Below, one piece after another: positions 1 to 11,339 of a stretch of DNA of 64,000 nucleotides. This stretch comes from Tubiluchus corallicola. Taxonomy: Eukaryota; Animalia; Priapulida. The notes beneath the pieces were generated by a model. It had not been told where the DNA came from. It ran no database searches and saw only the letters and a program-made list of their open reading frames with translations. Positions within the stretch are counted from its first letter, which is position 1. Each line of letters opens with the position of its first letter. The stretch lies in contig JAQGDQ010000284.1 of NCBI GenBank assembly GCA_030141605.1, positions 62,001 through 126,000 of the forward strand, in the 5' to 3' direction. A program made the position numbers and the translations under genes.

Positions 1-1846
1 GGCCTCGTTCTTTTGCTTGGACTTCTCTAGCAGAAATGGACTGATTTCTGTAATGAAGTCATTTCCTAACAAGAGAGGGACTGGGCTGCCCACAGACACT
101 GCAACAGTCAAATACCCTGTGGCATATGGTGACTCCAGTTCTACAACTGCTACCGGGCAAGATTTATCACAACTGTGAATACATAATAAGTCATGGCTAA
201 CTCCATCGACATACTGTTCGGAGAGTACAAATCTAGGGTTACAACACTGTGTGTCGCACCAGTGTCTCTGAGTCTGACAATTTCCTGACCGTTCAACTTG
301 GCAGAAAAATAAGGCTCACCGGATATGCACTTCTCAGGACAGCTTGCAGCTGTAGTAGCATCAGGAGATGAGTGCACAGCTATCAGCTGTTTAGATGACT
401 TGCCTCTCTCTTGAGGCAGAATTTGCTTATTCCTATCAGATGTGACCATTGTTTTATGCGGGCACGTTGCAGGATAATGACCCTGTTGTCCACAACGAGA
501 GCAACGCATTCGTAATATTGGGGGACCTGACTTCAGCTGTTCACGTGAATTTACACTAGGCTTTGGTTCCTTAAGTCGGTGTCCAGGGAGTCTACCAAAA
601 CTCACTCGTGGTCCCTGAGCAGAGAGGTAGGCGTCAGCTTTCTCTGCTACTTCGTCTACATCATAGATAGCATTCTTTTTCAGCCATAACGTCACCTCAT
701 TTGGCAAAACCGTCATAAGGTGCTCATATACGACTAAGTCCAATGCCTCTTGTTTAGTTTTTACCGACATAGCTGTAGCCCAATTATTTACTACTTGACG
801 CAGGCGAACTATGGTCTGTTTACATGTTTCATCGTGCCGTTTAATCATTTCACGAAAGGCTAGTCTGTAACCCTCCGGAGTTATCATGTAAGCATCCAAA
901 ATGGCCGCTTTTACTTTAGGGTAAGGCCTTATATCTTCGTCGCTGATAAGCTGAAAAGCGTAGCTGGCTTTCCCTGAAAGATGAGGTGCTAGGTACCCAG
1001 ACATACACTCTTCTGGAATACCATTCACTTTGCAGGATTTCTCATAATACATCAACCACTCAAGAATGGACTCTCCTTCTCCTTCTTTAATAGGGCACAC
1101 TTTCCAGATGTTGGACGACTGGGAACCTGGAGAAGACTGCTCGCCAACTGAAGAGACATTAGCACCTGGATTAGAGTGTTCCGTTCTCTGTAACTCCAAG
1201 TCACGTCGCTTCTGTTCTTCTTGGGCTTTCCATTCTCTTTCTCTTTCTCTTGTCTGTCTGCCTCACGCTCATGTCGACGCTCTTGTAATTCAAGTTCTCT
1301 TATCTGCCATTCTCGGTCTCTTTCTCTCAGCCTGTCTTTGTATCTCATTTCTGTTTCAACCATCCGGTTTCTTTCCAACTCCCGGATTAACTGTATTTTC
1401 TCATTAGGTGGAAGGCCTGTTAAATCATAACCTCTCGATTGATTGGCTTCATCTGTAACAGGGGTTGCAAATGGTTGATGCCTTGATAACTCTGGTAAAC
1501 TGAAACTCGGGGATGGTTGGGCTAGAGTTGTTGAGTCGGATATAGCTCCTCTCACAGCTCCGCCCACATTTATTGTATCTAGTAAAACATTGCCTGCTGT
1601 TTCACCTACATTGTTATTATTTAGCTGTACAGGTGAAAATGTGTGCGTGTGCTCGATATGTGATTCAGGAGCTTCAACTCCTGATTCTTTTTGTAATTCT
1701 TCTTGTTTTTGTAGTATTGCATTAGTTAACAAATCACGCCTTTTAGGCAAACCCTTCATGCCTAACTGCACTATAGCAAATGCACGTAAGTCTGCGAACG
1801 GCATTTCATCAAGTTGTGCGGGGGTTTTCGTTGATATATCGTCCAT
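1..1846 (-). pseudogene. Gag-protease polyprotein with SCAN/Gmr1-like capsid, split by two apparent 1-nt frameshifts
   Basis: ATG at 1846 (MDDISTK). Coiled coil RERDREW..ELELQ. Capsid LAPHLSGKASYAF...YPKVKAAILDAYMITPEGYRLAFR. Zn knuckle CSRCGQQGHYPATC. Protease LRDTGATHSVV, which continues in another frame as NPRFV...PVAVVELESPY...PLLLGNDF. Frame changes near 1250 and 241. Confidence 0.85.
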
Positions 1847-2194
1847 GCTAACACTGAACTGCACAATACTACAAATCAAAATCACGCACCTTCACAACCA
1901 AAACTCACTACACTTTCACTACAAGTAAACTATCACCAAATCTGGACAAACCTGTAAGCTCAATTCACCACCAAAACTCTCGGTAACAAAGTGGTAACAG
2001 CATGAAATAGCTGATATCGCACCGGGCTAAAACTATTGCTGCACACAATCAACTATCACACAATTTATCCCAATGACAATGCTGTAATAATTACTGCAAG
2101 ACCGAGGAAGATTACTGTACCAATCTCAAGTACGGTCTCGAATATTTCCAATGTTAATAAAATGAATACTATCCGAACAAAATTAAACTAACAC

Positions 2195-2212
2195 ATCCCA
2201 CCGCTGCCACTA
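2195..2212 (-). promoter_or_regulatory. Primer-binding site complementary to the tRNA-Leu 3' end
   Basis: Minus strand reads TAGTGGCAGCGGTGGGAT 1 nt after the LTR end. This is one mismatch from TGGTGGCAGCGGTGGGAT, the complement of metazoan tRNA-Leu ...ATCCCACCGCTGCCACCA (recalled). Confidence 0.8.
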
Positions 2213-2213
2213 T

Positions 2214-3336
2214 TGTAACGATTTGATGTCTGGGGGTAGTTTGTGTGATCGAAGGTAGTCGCTGGGGTAACAATTTGACTGGCCTGACCGAGCTAAAGAA
2301 AGGGGCGACCAATCATCTACCCGTTAGCTCCAGACAGTGGCGAGCTTATGGGCAGTCTACGGGGGGGGGGGGGCTGTCTATTGAGCAGAGTGGTTCGGGT
2401 GTGGGATGTGCACTTTACCTTGCTTGGAGTAATCTGTTGTACTCACTGTGATAATGCAAACGACGATGTGTAGGCAAGTAATGCACAAACAATCAATTGC
2501 ATAAATATTGTAGAAATAATTATTAAGCGAACAAACAAAAAATGTATGTAAAAGAAAACACTATCATTAATCAAACACTAATTTAACTAAGTTTGAATGT
2601 GCTAAATCTTACGGTATCTACTTACAGTAGACTTACACTATCAAGTCAATAAACAAACAAATAAATTGGCAAATAATGCACAACAGCTAAACTTAACTAA
2701 AAGGGTACCTATTTACCTAACTGCATGCCACCCCAAATGATGTAGTCCTCGCTAGCGCTATGATGATCCACCGGCATTATCTCGCTTAAAAAATGCACCA
2801 TGGAGGTTGCGTAGTACTACTAAGTTGAACGTAGGGCGCCTCTATGATGAGGTTGCAGCTCAGTGTCTATTACTATCACTAGCAATTTCTTGAACAGCAA
2901 GGAGGTTAAGTCCAGCTTCCACGCAACTGCTAGCATCAGATAAACAAATACTAAATTGTGCAGCTTACAGTCTCTGGGTTGTTACTGTACTGGGGGTGCC
3001 TCGTCACCTCAAACATGGATCCGCCTCTAACGGTTTGTCGGTGCACCAATAGCACTTCCCAACAATACAAACACAGCAATGAGACAAAGTCTTAATTGTC
3101 ACCAAGCTTTGTGGAAATCGCTACCACCAAAAACATCTGTCCACTCAGTTGTCCAATGGTTTCAGACCTCATGAACAAAGTCACCATACGTTATAACTGA
3201 CTACGTGGACAATACTACTTGCACGTCATATCAGTCTACGTGCCGTACCTGGAGTAAAGTTGCTGACCTCTTTTTGATACCTGCGAGAGTAGTCGTAGGC
3301 ATAGGTATACGCTGGCTTCCTTCAGCTATCATTACA
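2214..3336 (-). repeat. 5' LTR (~1.12 kb)
   Basis: Bounded by short inverted termini TGTAACGAT (2214) and ATCATTACA (3336) and abuts the PBS. The partner LTR is outside the window, so the outer boundary is inferred. Confidence 0.75.
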
Positions 3337-3913
3337 AGCGATTAAACTTGCCCTCCCGCAGTACTTACTAACTTTAGCTAATGGCTACAGGCTATAGAAA
3401 CAGTCTTTTTAATGCTAATGTTATTATACTTCCACATTTGAACAAAAGGTAGAATACATAATGATATGCACAGCATAGAAGGGCCAAAATAGAGTAGAGT
3501 TTGTGTTTTCTTTTCAAACTCTGCAATTGGGATGACCAACCAACTGACAGGCCAACTGAACAAACACCACACTCACATGACGCAAGCCACTGCACAAGTC
3601 CATTTATGTGGGAAGATGAAATGGACGTTACAGCAGTTTTCCAAGCGGGATTCACTGCATCTGTAGAATAAATATTCAAAGAATTCTTTCTGATTTTGTA
3701 CATTCACAGCTGCAGAGTGGTTCACAGTTTAGGAAATTCTCGAAAAGTCTTAGTTCTTTGATACTTGAGTTTTTATGACTCATCTAAATGGTCTTCCTTG
3801 CACAATCTCTCCATCAGCTTTGACTTTGTTTAGTCAGACTTTTGCTGTTTGACACAATCAGCTTCAAGCTACAGAAACACGTTATTCATGTGCAAGACAG
3901 TCTGTTGATTTCT

Positions 3914-4771
3914 TCATCTTCGGTCACATTTAAGAATCTTCTTGAATGCTGATCTAAATTTGCCATTTGTTACCGCATATATGATGGGGTTTACTGCACT
4001 GTTACAATAACAAATCCGTAATACTACCTCATGAGCTATGTCTGATACGCATGCTGGACATTTTGCAAGCTCTATTGCTAAGATTGAATACGGACCCCAA
4101 CAAATAAAAAATGCAAACGTGACAATGGCTAAAGTTTTCGTTGCTTTCATTTCCATCACTCTTGTACTAGTTTGCTGGTTTTGTTCGTGAATTTGCAAAA
4201 TTTGCTTTCTTGCTGCTCGCCATATTAATGCATACAGTGAAACTATAACTGTCATGGGTAGAAAAACCAGGGTTATGGTGACAACTAAAACAAACTCCAG
4301 TATTTCTATGTATGCCAAAATAATGGCAAAAATCCATGTAATAGGTAATGTCACACTTAATGTCTTTCTTGTTACATATGTGTTGTACTTGAAAGGATGC
4401 AAAACTGCTACATATCTCTCACCTGCAATTAAGCATAAGTGTATTATGCTGCTGTTTAGGGCTGTCGTGGTTACAAGCTGTTCAGCAAAGTAATACGGTA
4501 GACCAAGCTGCTTGGCATATATTATGATTTCAGCTGGTAGCGATACGAGTCCAAATAGCAGATCTGTTATAGCTAGTGACACGATTAGTGCATTAGTTCT
4601 TGTCTGCAGCTGCTCGTACTTGTAAACTGCAATTAAGACTAGCAAGTTTCCAACAACTATAATGACACCCAGCCACACCAGAAATGTTACATCAGCCAAA
4701 CTAAACAAATTTTCGCCCAGATGCAGGGTGCAAGTTGTGTTTCCTGCTGTAGTGTAATTGTCACATAGCAT
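3914..4771 (-). CDS. Intronless rhodopsin-class (class A) GPCR, orphan, adenosine/MECA-like; copy 1 (285 aa from the ATG)
   Basis: GNLLV (TM1), SLAITD (TM2), ERY (TM3), W4.50, FLP..Y (TM5), CWGP (TM6), NSAVNPIIY (TM7), FR helix 8, N-terminal NxT sites. The track ORF starts at a TTG; the first ATG is at 4771. Confidence 0.93.
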   Translation of the reverse strand: MLCDNYTTAGNTTCTLHLGENLFSLADVTFLVWLGVIIVVGNLLVLIAVYKYEQLQTRTNALIVSLAITDLLFGLVSLPAEIIIYAKQLGLPYYFAEQLVTTTALNSSIIHLCLIAGERYVAVLHPFKYNTYVTRKTLSVTLPITWIFAIILAYIEILEFVLVVTITLVFLPMTVIVSLYALIWRAARKQILQIHEQNQQTSTRVMEMKATKTLAIVTFAFFICWGPYSILAIELAKCPACVSDIAHEVVLRICYCNSAVNPIIYAVTNGKFRSAFKKILKCDRR

Positions 4772-4935
4772 TGTCAAATGTTACAATTTCACAAGAACAT
4801 CAATGTTTCTCTGACACGATTCGAAACTAACAAATCTGTTTTTTAACACAGAAGCCTGCACATCCTACCAGTGTTTTTACATGCCAGACTGTTATTACAT
4901 GGAATATTGTGGCATCCTCACAAATAGTGCAGCTT

Positions 4936-6552
4936 GTGTACTTTGCTAAAAGCCCTCGATCGATGCACATAATCACGTATATGTAATAGAAAGTAGCTAA
5001 TTCCAATATTAGCTATAACAGAAAGTAGCTGCTGTTTTTAGAGTAAACAATACTGAATTACTCAATCAATACGACACTCACAAAATGGTGCAAATGTATT
5101 CATCTGAACAAAGAATCTCTATGGACAACCTGCTAATTATAACCTATGTGACTGCAAAGTTTAAGTGTGGTAATGCAAAATTAGTTTTTTATCCAATGTG
5201 TTCTGGACCGCATATTAGATCTGGAAGCAATTGCATTCTAGATTCAAAAATTGAAAAAATGAACGTGGAAAGACAAAAATGCTTCCTATGTTAGTACATT
5301 CTAGTTTTAGATGATGGTGTTCTATACGTTTGAAATATAAAATAAATAAGAGCAAAAATTTGTTACTGTTCAGCATTATAGCACTCCTGTGCCATGACTG
5401 TAATCAACTATAATAAACCTTTTCACAGTTCCAACGGTTGATGATGATCGTTAAACGTCATAGGTTAAGTGCACCAGACAACTCATTTATGGACACTTGA
5501 CAGTGCGTCGCAGCCCATGCTGTTGTAATAGTAATAGTTTTGAAATAGGAACAGAAAGTTGTTGTAGCAAGCACTTTTGATTAACCACAATTTGTGCACT
5601 AAAGCGATTGGATTCTGCTTGCGTATAGGCACTGTGGAACTTCAGCACCCCCTATTTTCAACTAGTACTACTGGATAGATGGTTCTCACACACTGTTAGC
5701 ATTATAAATTGCAACTGTTGTCACCTGTTGTCATATGTACTCTTTGCATTGTGTACATCGCCAAAAGCCATCGATCGACGCACGTAAACATGTATATGTA
5801 ATATAAGTGGCTAATTCCAATATTAGCCTTAACAGAAAGTAGCAGCTGTTTTAGAGTAAACAGTACTGAATTACACAATCAATATGTCTATCACAAAATG
5901 GTGCATCTGAACAAGGAGTCTATATGGACAACTTGCTAATTGTAACTTATGTGACTGCAAAGTTTAAGTGTGGTAATGCAAAATTAGTTTTTATCCATTG
6001 TCTCCTGGACTGCATATCAGGTCCTGGGGCACTTGCATTCCTAGTTTACAAATTGAACAAACGAATGTGGAAAGACAAAAATGCTTCCTATGTTAGTACA
6101 TTCTTGTTTTAGATGATGGTGTTCCGTCCGTTTGAAATATAAAATAAATGGGAGCAAAAACTTGTTACTGTTCAGCATTAGAACACTCCTGTGCCATGAC
6201 TGTAATCAACTATAATAAACCTTTTCACAGTTCCAACGGTTGATGATGATCGTGTAAACGTCATAGGTTAAGTGTACCAGACAACGCATTTGTGTACAGT
6301 TGACAACACCTAGCACCCATGCTGTTGTAATAGTAACAGTTTTGACAGTTTTGTAATAGAAACGGAACGTTATTGAAGCAAGCGCTGGGACTTTCTTATT
6401 CCATGGCTTTTGATTAAACACAATTTGTGCACTAAAGCGATTGGATTCTGCTTGTGTATAGGCACTGTGGAACTTCAGCACCCTCTATTTTCAGCTAGTA
6501 CTACTATACAGATGGTTCTCACACACTGTTAGCATTATAAATTGCAACTGTT
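4936..6552. repeat. ~810-bp direct duplication upstream of GPCR copy 1, including a MITE arm
   Basis: 4936-5719 aligns with 5750-6552. Both contain CCTTTTCACAGTTCCA..., which is also found at 14641. Confidence 0.8.
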
Positions 6553-7503
6553 CTCATACGTTGCTACTTGACCAGGATTCCAGATTTACAGTGCATCTGC
6601 TACTAACTGGTCCTGAACCGTTTTGCATTAATGACACATCCACAGAAGTTGGTGGTTTTACAAACTTATAAGAAGACATAGCAAGCGGTCATTGGCTGCT
6701 TGTCATCTGGACATGTGTTAACCAGTTTTTTTGAAGAAAGATTAACTCACTTGCTGTGAGCCTTTTTTTGTTCACACTAGTTGACGTCAAACATATTGGT
6801 CTATCACTCTGCCTCCTTTGTGACAGCATTCAGAACTGCAGCTCACATAGAATAACAACTGTCTTTAGTAAACAACATGGCTGGTGCGAGTTTGAAAGGT
6901 TTGTCTGATGATTTTGGAGAACATTAGTAAGTGTATGAAGAGACTTTACAGCAAAGATGACATGCAAAAAAATTGGCAGAAGGATCTTACATTTCAGAGC
7001 GCAAAATTTGTAAGAAATCAAATCACGAAAATTTAAAGTGAGATTTTAAAATTAGAAAACAGCGCATGTTTTTAGGTCACAATGGTAGAGTGAACAATTT
7101 CCTCCATTGACTCCGTGTAATTGCAGTACATAAAATGTTGTTTGCTGTCCCATGGCTGTGACTGTTCTCTACCTTACATGCAGCTCAATAACTAGATTGC
7201 TGATTCACTAAGCACTCATCTTGTATATTTTCCCTTGTTAAAGGAAAACTGGATGATTGATTAGGCTCTCTCTTATTTTAATTTACTGTCCAAAATATAC
7301 TGTTTCTCACCTATAAAAATTAGTAATTATTAATAATATTTGGATAAATGCATTGAAACCATACATGACTCATCAAAATTGTCTTCCTTGCACAATCTCT
7401 CCATCAGCTTTGACTTTGTTTAGTCAGACTTTTGCTGTTTGACACAATGAGCTTCAAACTACAGAAACACGTTATTCACGTGCAAGACAGTCTGCTGATT
7501 TCT

Positions 7504-8361
7504 TCATCTTCGGTCACATTTAAGAATCTTCTTGAACGCTGATCTAAATTTGCCATTTGTTGCCGCATATATGATGGGGTTAACTGCACTGTTGCAATAT
7601 CCAATCCGTGCTACTACCAGGTAAGCTATGTCTGATAGGCATGCTGGACATTTTGCAAGCTCTATTGCTAAGATTGAATACGGACCCCAACAAATAAAAA
7701 ATGCTGTCGTGACAATGGCAACAGTTTTCGTTGCTTTCATTTCCATCACTCTTGTACAAGTTTGCTGGTTTTGTTCGTGAATTTGCAATATTTGCTTTCT
7801 TGCTGTTCGCCATATTAATGCATACAGTGAAACTAAAACTGTCATGGGTAGAAAATTCACGGTTGTCGTGACAATTAAAAGAAACTCCAATGTTTCGATG
7901 TATGCTAAAATAAAGGCAAAAACCCATGTAATAGATAATATCACACTTAATGTTTTGCTTGTAAGGTATGTGTTGTATTTGAAAGGATGCAAAACTGCTA
8001 CATATCTCTCACCTGCAATTAAACATAAGTGTATTATGCTGCTGTTTAGGGCTGTCGTGGTTACAAACTGTCCAGCAGAGTTATACGATGGACCAAGCTG
8101 CTTGGCATATACTATGATTTTAGCTGGTAGTGATACGAGTCCAAATAGTAGATCTGTTATAGCTAGTGACACGATTAGTGCATTAGTTCTTGTCTGCAGC
8201 TGCTCGTACTTGTAAACTGCAATTAAGACTAGCAAGTTTCCAACGACGACAATGACACCCAGCCACACCAGAAATGTTACATCAGCCAAACTAAACCAAT
8301 TTTTACCCAGATGCAGGGTGCAAGTTGTGTTTCCTGTTGTAGTGTAATTGTCACATAGCAT
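7504..8361 (-). CDS. Intronless rhodopsin-class GPCR, tandem paralogue; copy 2 (285 aa)
   Basis: Same motifs, colinear with copy 1 without gaps, offset 3590 bp. Confidence 0.93.
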   Translation of the reverse strand: MLCDNYTTTGNTTCTLHLGKNWFSLADVTFLVWLGVIVVVGNLLVLIAVYKYEQLQTRTNALIVSLAITDLLFGLVSLPAKIIVYAKQLGPSYNSAGQFVTTTALNSSIIHLCLIAGERYVAVLHPFKYNTYLTSKTLSVILSITWVFAFILAYIETLEFLLIVTTTVNFLPMTVLVSLYALIWRTARKQILQIHEQNQQTCTRVMEMKATKTVAIVTTAFFICWGPYSILAIELAKCPACLSDIAYLVVARIGYCNSAVNPIIYAATNGKFRSAFKKILKCDRR

Positions 8362-9189
8362 TGTCAAATGTTACCATTTCCTAAGAACATCAACGTTTCT
8401 CTGACACGATTCGAGACAAACAAATCTGTTTTTCAACACAGAAGCCTGCACATCTGACCAGTGTTTTTACATGCCAGACTGTTATTAATGGAATATTGCG
8501 GCATGGTCACAAGCAATGCATCTTGTGTACATTCCTAAAAGCCATCAATGTACATAATCATGTGTATATAATAGAAAGCAGCTAATTGCGATATTAGCTA
8601 TAATAGAAAGGAGCTACTGTTCTGTAGAAAGCAGTGCTGAATCGCACAATCGATACGACACTCACAAAATGGTGCAAATGTCTTCACCTGAACAAAGAAT
8701 CTATGCGGACAACTTGCTAATTGTAACTGATGCAATGTTTGTGGTGGTAGTGCAAAATTAACAAAGTCAGCTTTTTGTCCATTGTCTTCTGAACCTCGAT
8801 ATCAGGTCTGGAAGCAGTTGTGTTGCAAATTCACAAATCGGACCAAGGAATTTGCAAAGACAGAAATGCCTGCCATGTTGGTGCGTACCTGTTTTATGAT
8901 GGTGTTCCACTTGAAATAATGAATAAATGGTAATTTCAATCGCACCGAGTTTTGTTTGCTGTTTCAAAATGTTTCAACTATGCTCAGAATGTTTTTGCAA
9001 GGTTTTATTAGGTTCTTGTTGTAGTTGTTAGTGATGGTGGTGGCAGTGGCTGCAGCGACGGTGGTGGTGGATGTTGTTGTTGTTTTTGTTGTTTTAGTCA
9101 TCATTTTTATCATCATTGCCATTACCAGTGACGGCTGTTGTTTAGTATTGGTGATGGGATGTTTTTGGCTTTGTGGTGATGTGGTGTGG

Positions 9190-10160
9190 CGCATGTTGCA
9201 TGGTGTTGATAGCTTGGTGAGTGCAGTGTGGTGAGTATTGCGTGGTGTTGATAGCTTGGTGAATGTGGTGTAGTGAGTGTTGCATGGTGTTGATAGCTTG
9301 GTGAGTGTGGTGCGGTGAGTGTTGCATGGTGTTGATAGTTTGGTGAATGTGGTGTGGGGAGTGTTGTGTGGTGTCGATAGCTTGGTAAATGTGGTGTGGG
9401 GAGTGTTGCGTGGTGTTGATAGCTTGGTGAGTGTGGTGTGGTGAGTGTTGCATGGTGTTGATAGCTTGGTGAATGTTGCATGGTGTTGATAGCTTGGTGA
9501 GTGCAGTGTGGTGAGTGTTGCATGGTGTTGATAGCTTGGTGAATGTGGTGTAGTGAGTGTTGCATGGTGTTGATAGCTTGGTGAATGCTGCATGGTGTTG
9601 ATAGCTTGGTGAGTGCAGTGTGGTGAGTGTTGCATGGTGTTGATAGCTTGGTGAATGTGGTGTAGTGAGTGTTGCATGGTGTTGATAGCTTGGTGAGTGT
9701 GGTGCGGTGAGTGTTGCATGGTGTTGATAGCTTGGTGAATGTGGTGTGGGGAGTGTTGCGTGGTGTTGATAGCTTTTTGAGTGTGGTGTGGTGAGTGTTG
9801 CATGGTGTCGATAGCTTGGTAAATGTGGTGTGGGGAGTGTTGCGTGGTGTTGATAGCTTGGTGAGTGTGGTGCGGTGAGTGTTGCATGGTGTTGATAACT
9901 TGGTGAGTGTTGCATGGTGTTGACAGCTTGGTGAATGTGGTGTGGGGAGTGTTGCGTGGTGTTGATAGCTTGGTGGGTGTGGTGTGGGGAGTGTTGCATG
10001 GCGTTGATAGCTTGGTGAATGTGGTGTGGTGAGTGTTGCATGATGTTGATAACTTGGTGAGTGTTCCATGGTGTTGATAGCTTGGGTGTTGCATGGTGTT
10101 GATAGCTTGGTGAATGTGGTGTGGTGAGTGTTGCATGGTGTTGATAGCTTGGTGAGTGTG
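9190..10160. repeat. G/T-skewed minisatellite, 42-bp unit with 28-bp variants
   Basis: Repeated GTGTTGCATGGTGTTGATAGCTTGGTGA(ATGTGGTGTGGTGA). Confidence 0.9.
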
Positions 10161-10373
10161 ATGTTTTGCAGGCATTGTAGTAGTGTTGCAGCTTGGTATG
10201 CTATGATTAGGTTTATGTGATGGGTATAGCTTGGTGTGGGTTGTGCAGTGTGGGTGTTGCAGATGGAGTAATTGTGGATGGTATGATGTTTGTGGTGTGG
10301 TATGGAGTGTCATGGTGGCTTGTATAATAATCATATTTTCAAAGGTCTAAGCATCTAGCATTTTTGTTTTCAG

Positions 10374-10572
10374 GCTAAACGCCAGCAGAGGAAATTGAAT
10401 TTTCTGATAACTCAGACGGAGCTGTACGCTCATTTCATGTCTCGTAAGCTGGGCGACTCCGGTCTTGAGACGCAAGAGAAGATCCTCGGCAGACTAGACG
10501 AAGAGGTTCCAGCTCGGCAGATGAGCGTAGGAGGGAATGTGCTGCTGAACAAAGAAAGAGGTGACGACTATG
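10374..10572 (+). CDS. INO80: INO80 exon (C-terminal part of the DBINO domain)
   Basis: ttttcag|AKRQQRKLNFLITQTELYAHFMSRKLG...DDY|gtatg; hallmark INO80 DBINO motif. Confidence 0.95.
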
Positions 10573-11339
10573 GTATGCTGAAATAGGAACATTGGTTTTT
10601 TATTTTTTATTTTAAAAATGATAATTTTCATTTATAATTTGAACAGCTTCTTATTGGTTCTCAGGTGCAAAACTACCTGTGAAAGTTTATTTACTGTTCC
10701 ATAATATTGTGATTTGAATTCATCATCTTTAGCTACTGTTCTTTTTGCTTAAACGTTTTGGATTTTTATTTGTAGTAATACATTTTGTACCTGTTTTATT
10801 TCATTTCTTATTACATTATCAGTCAAGGGTACATTACTAGCCAAGCCTGCTTTATTGGCTCATTATGGAGTTTTTTCGATTCTCTTTTGTCTAGTATGGT
10901 TATTAAATTTGTTATCTTTAATAAATAAAAAATATACTTCATAAAAATGTTGTTGTAACAAAACAATGATGTGTGCAGTTTATACAGACTGTACAGTTTT
11001 CTAGTTATTGTACGGAATTTTCTTTTGTACAGATAGTTAAGACCTTACTTATTTAGTTCAGACTAATATATATGTACAGGTAACTAATCAACCCGTGATG
11101 TAGTTATAACCACTGTGAGCTATAATTTAAGTGAATTCCGATTTTTTCATTTCTTTGTTCCTGGGTGTTCCATTCGAGAAGTTAATTGATCGTGTACAAA
11201 AACATTTATTTTTGGAAAATGTTCCATCAAGAAGGAGCAGAGTGAAAAATTTGTGGGTTTGGTCACTAACATACTTATGAGGTACGTCCAGGTGATTGTT
11301 AATGGTGAGATGCATCGTCACGGGACTGCTAATATTGAT

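Larger units (their letters stand above)
1..3336 (-). mobile_element. Ty3/Gypsy LTR retrotransposon, 5' half (5' LTR, PBS, gag, protease); runs off the left edge of the window
   Basis: On the minus strand the order is LTR (TG...CA ends), tRNA PBS, Gag with CCHC knuckle, then aspartic protease (DTGA ... LLLGND). Confidence 0.92.
3775..8910. repeat. Segmental tandem duplication carrying the two GPCR genes (about 3775-5330 vs 7365-8910)
   Basis: 3' and 5' flanks align as well as the CDS; for example ATGACTCATC occurs at 3775 and 7365. Confidence 0.85.

Noticed and set aside
1200-1260. Programmed ribosomal frameshift within gag
   Set aside because: No slippery heptamer seen, and the position lies inside the Gag coiled coil rather than at the gag-pol boundary.
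8964-10334. 456-aa, 315-aa and 299-aa His/Thr-rich ORFs
   Set aside because: All three minus frames are open over a 42/28-bp minisatellite lacking stops; no domain evidence.
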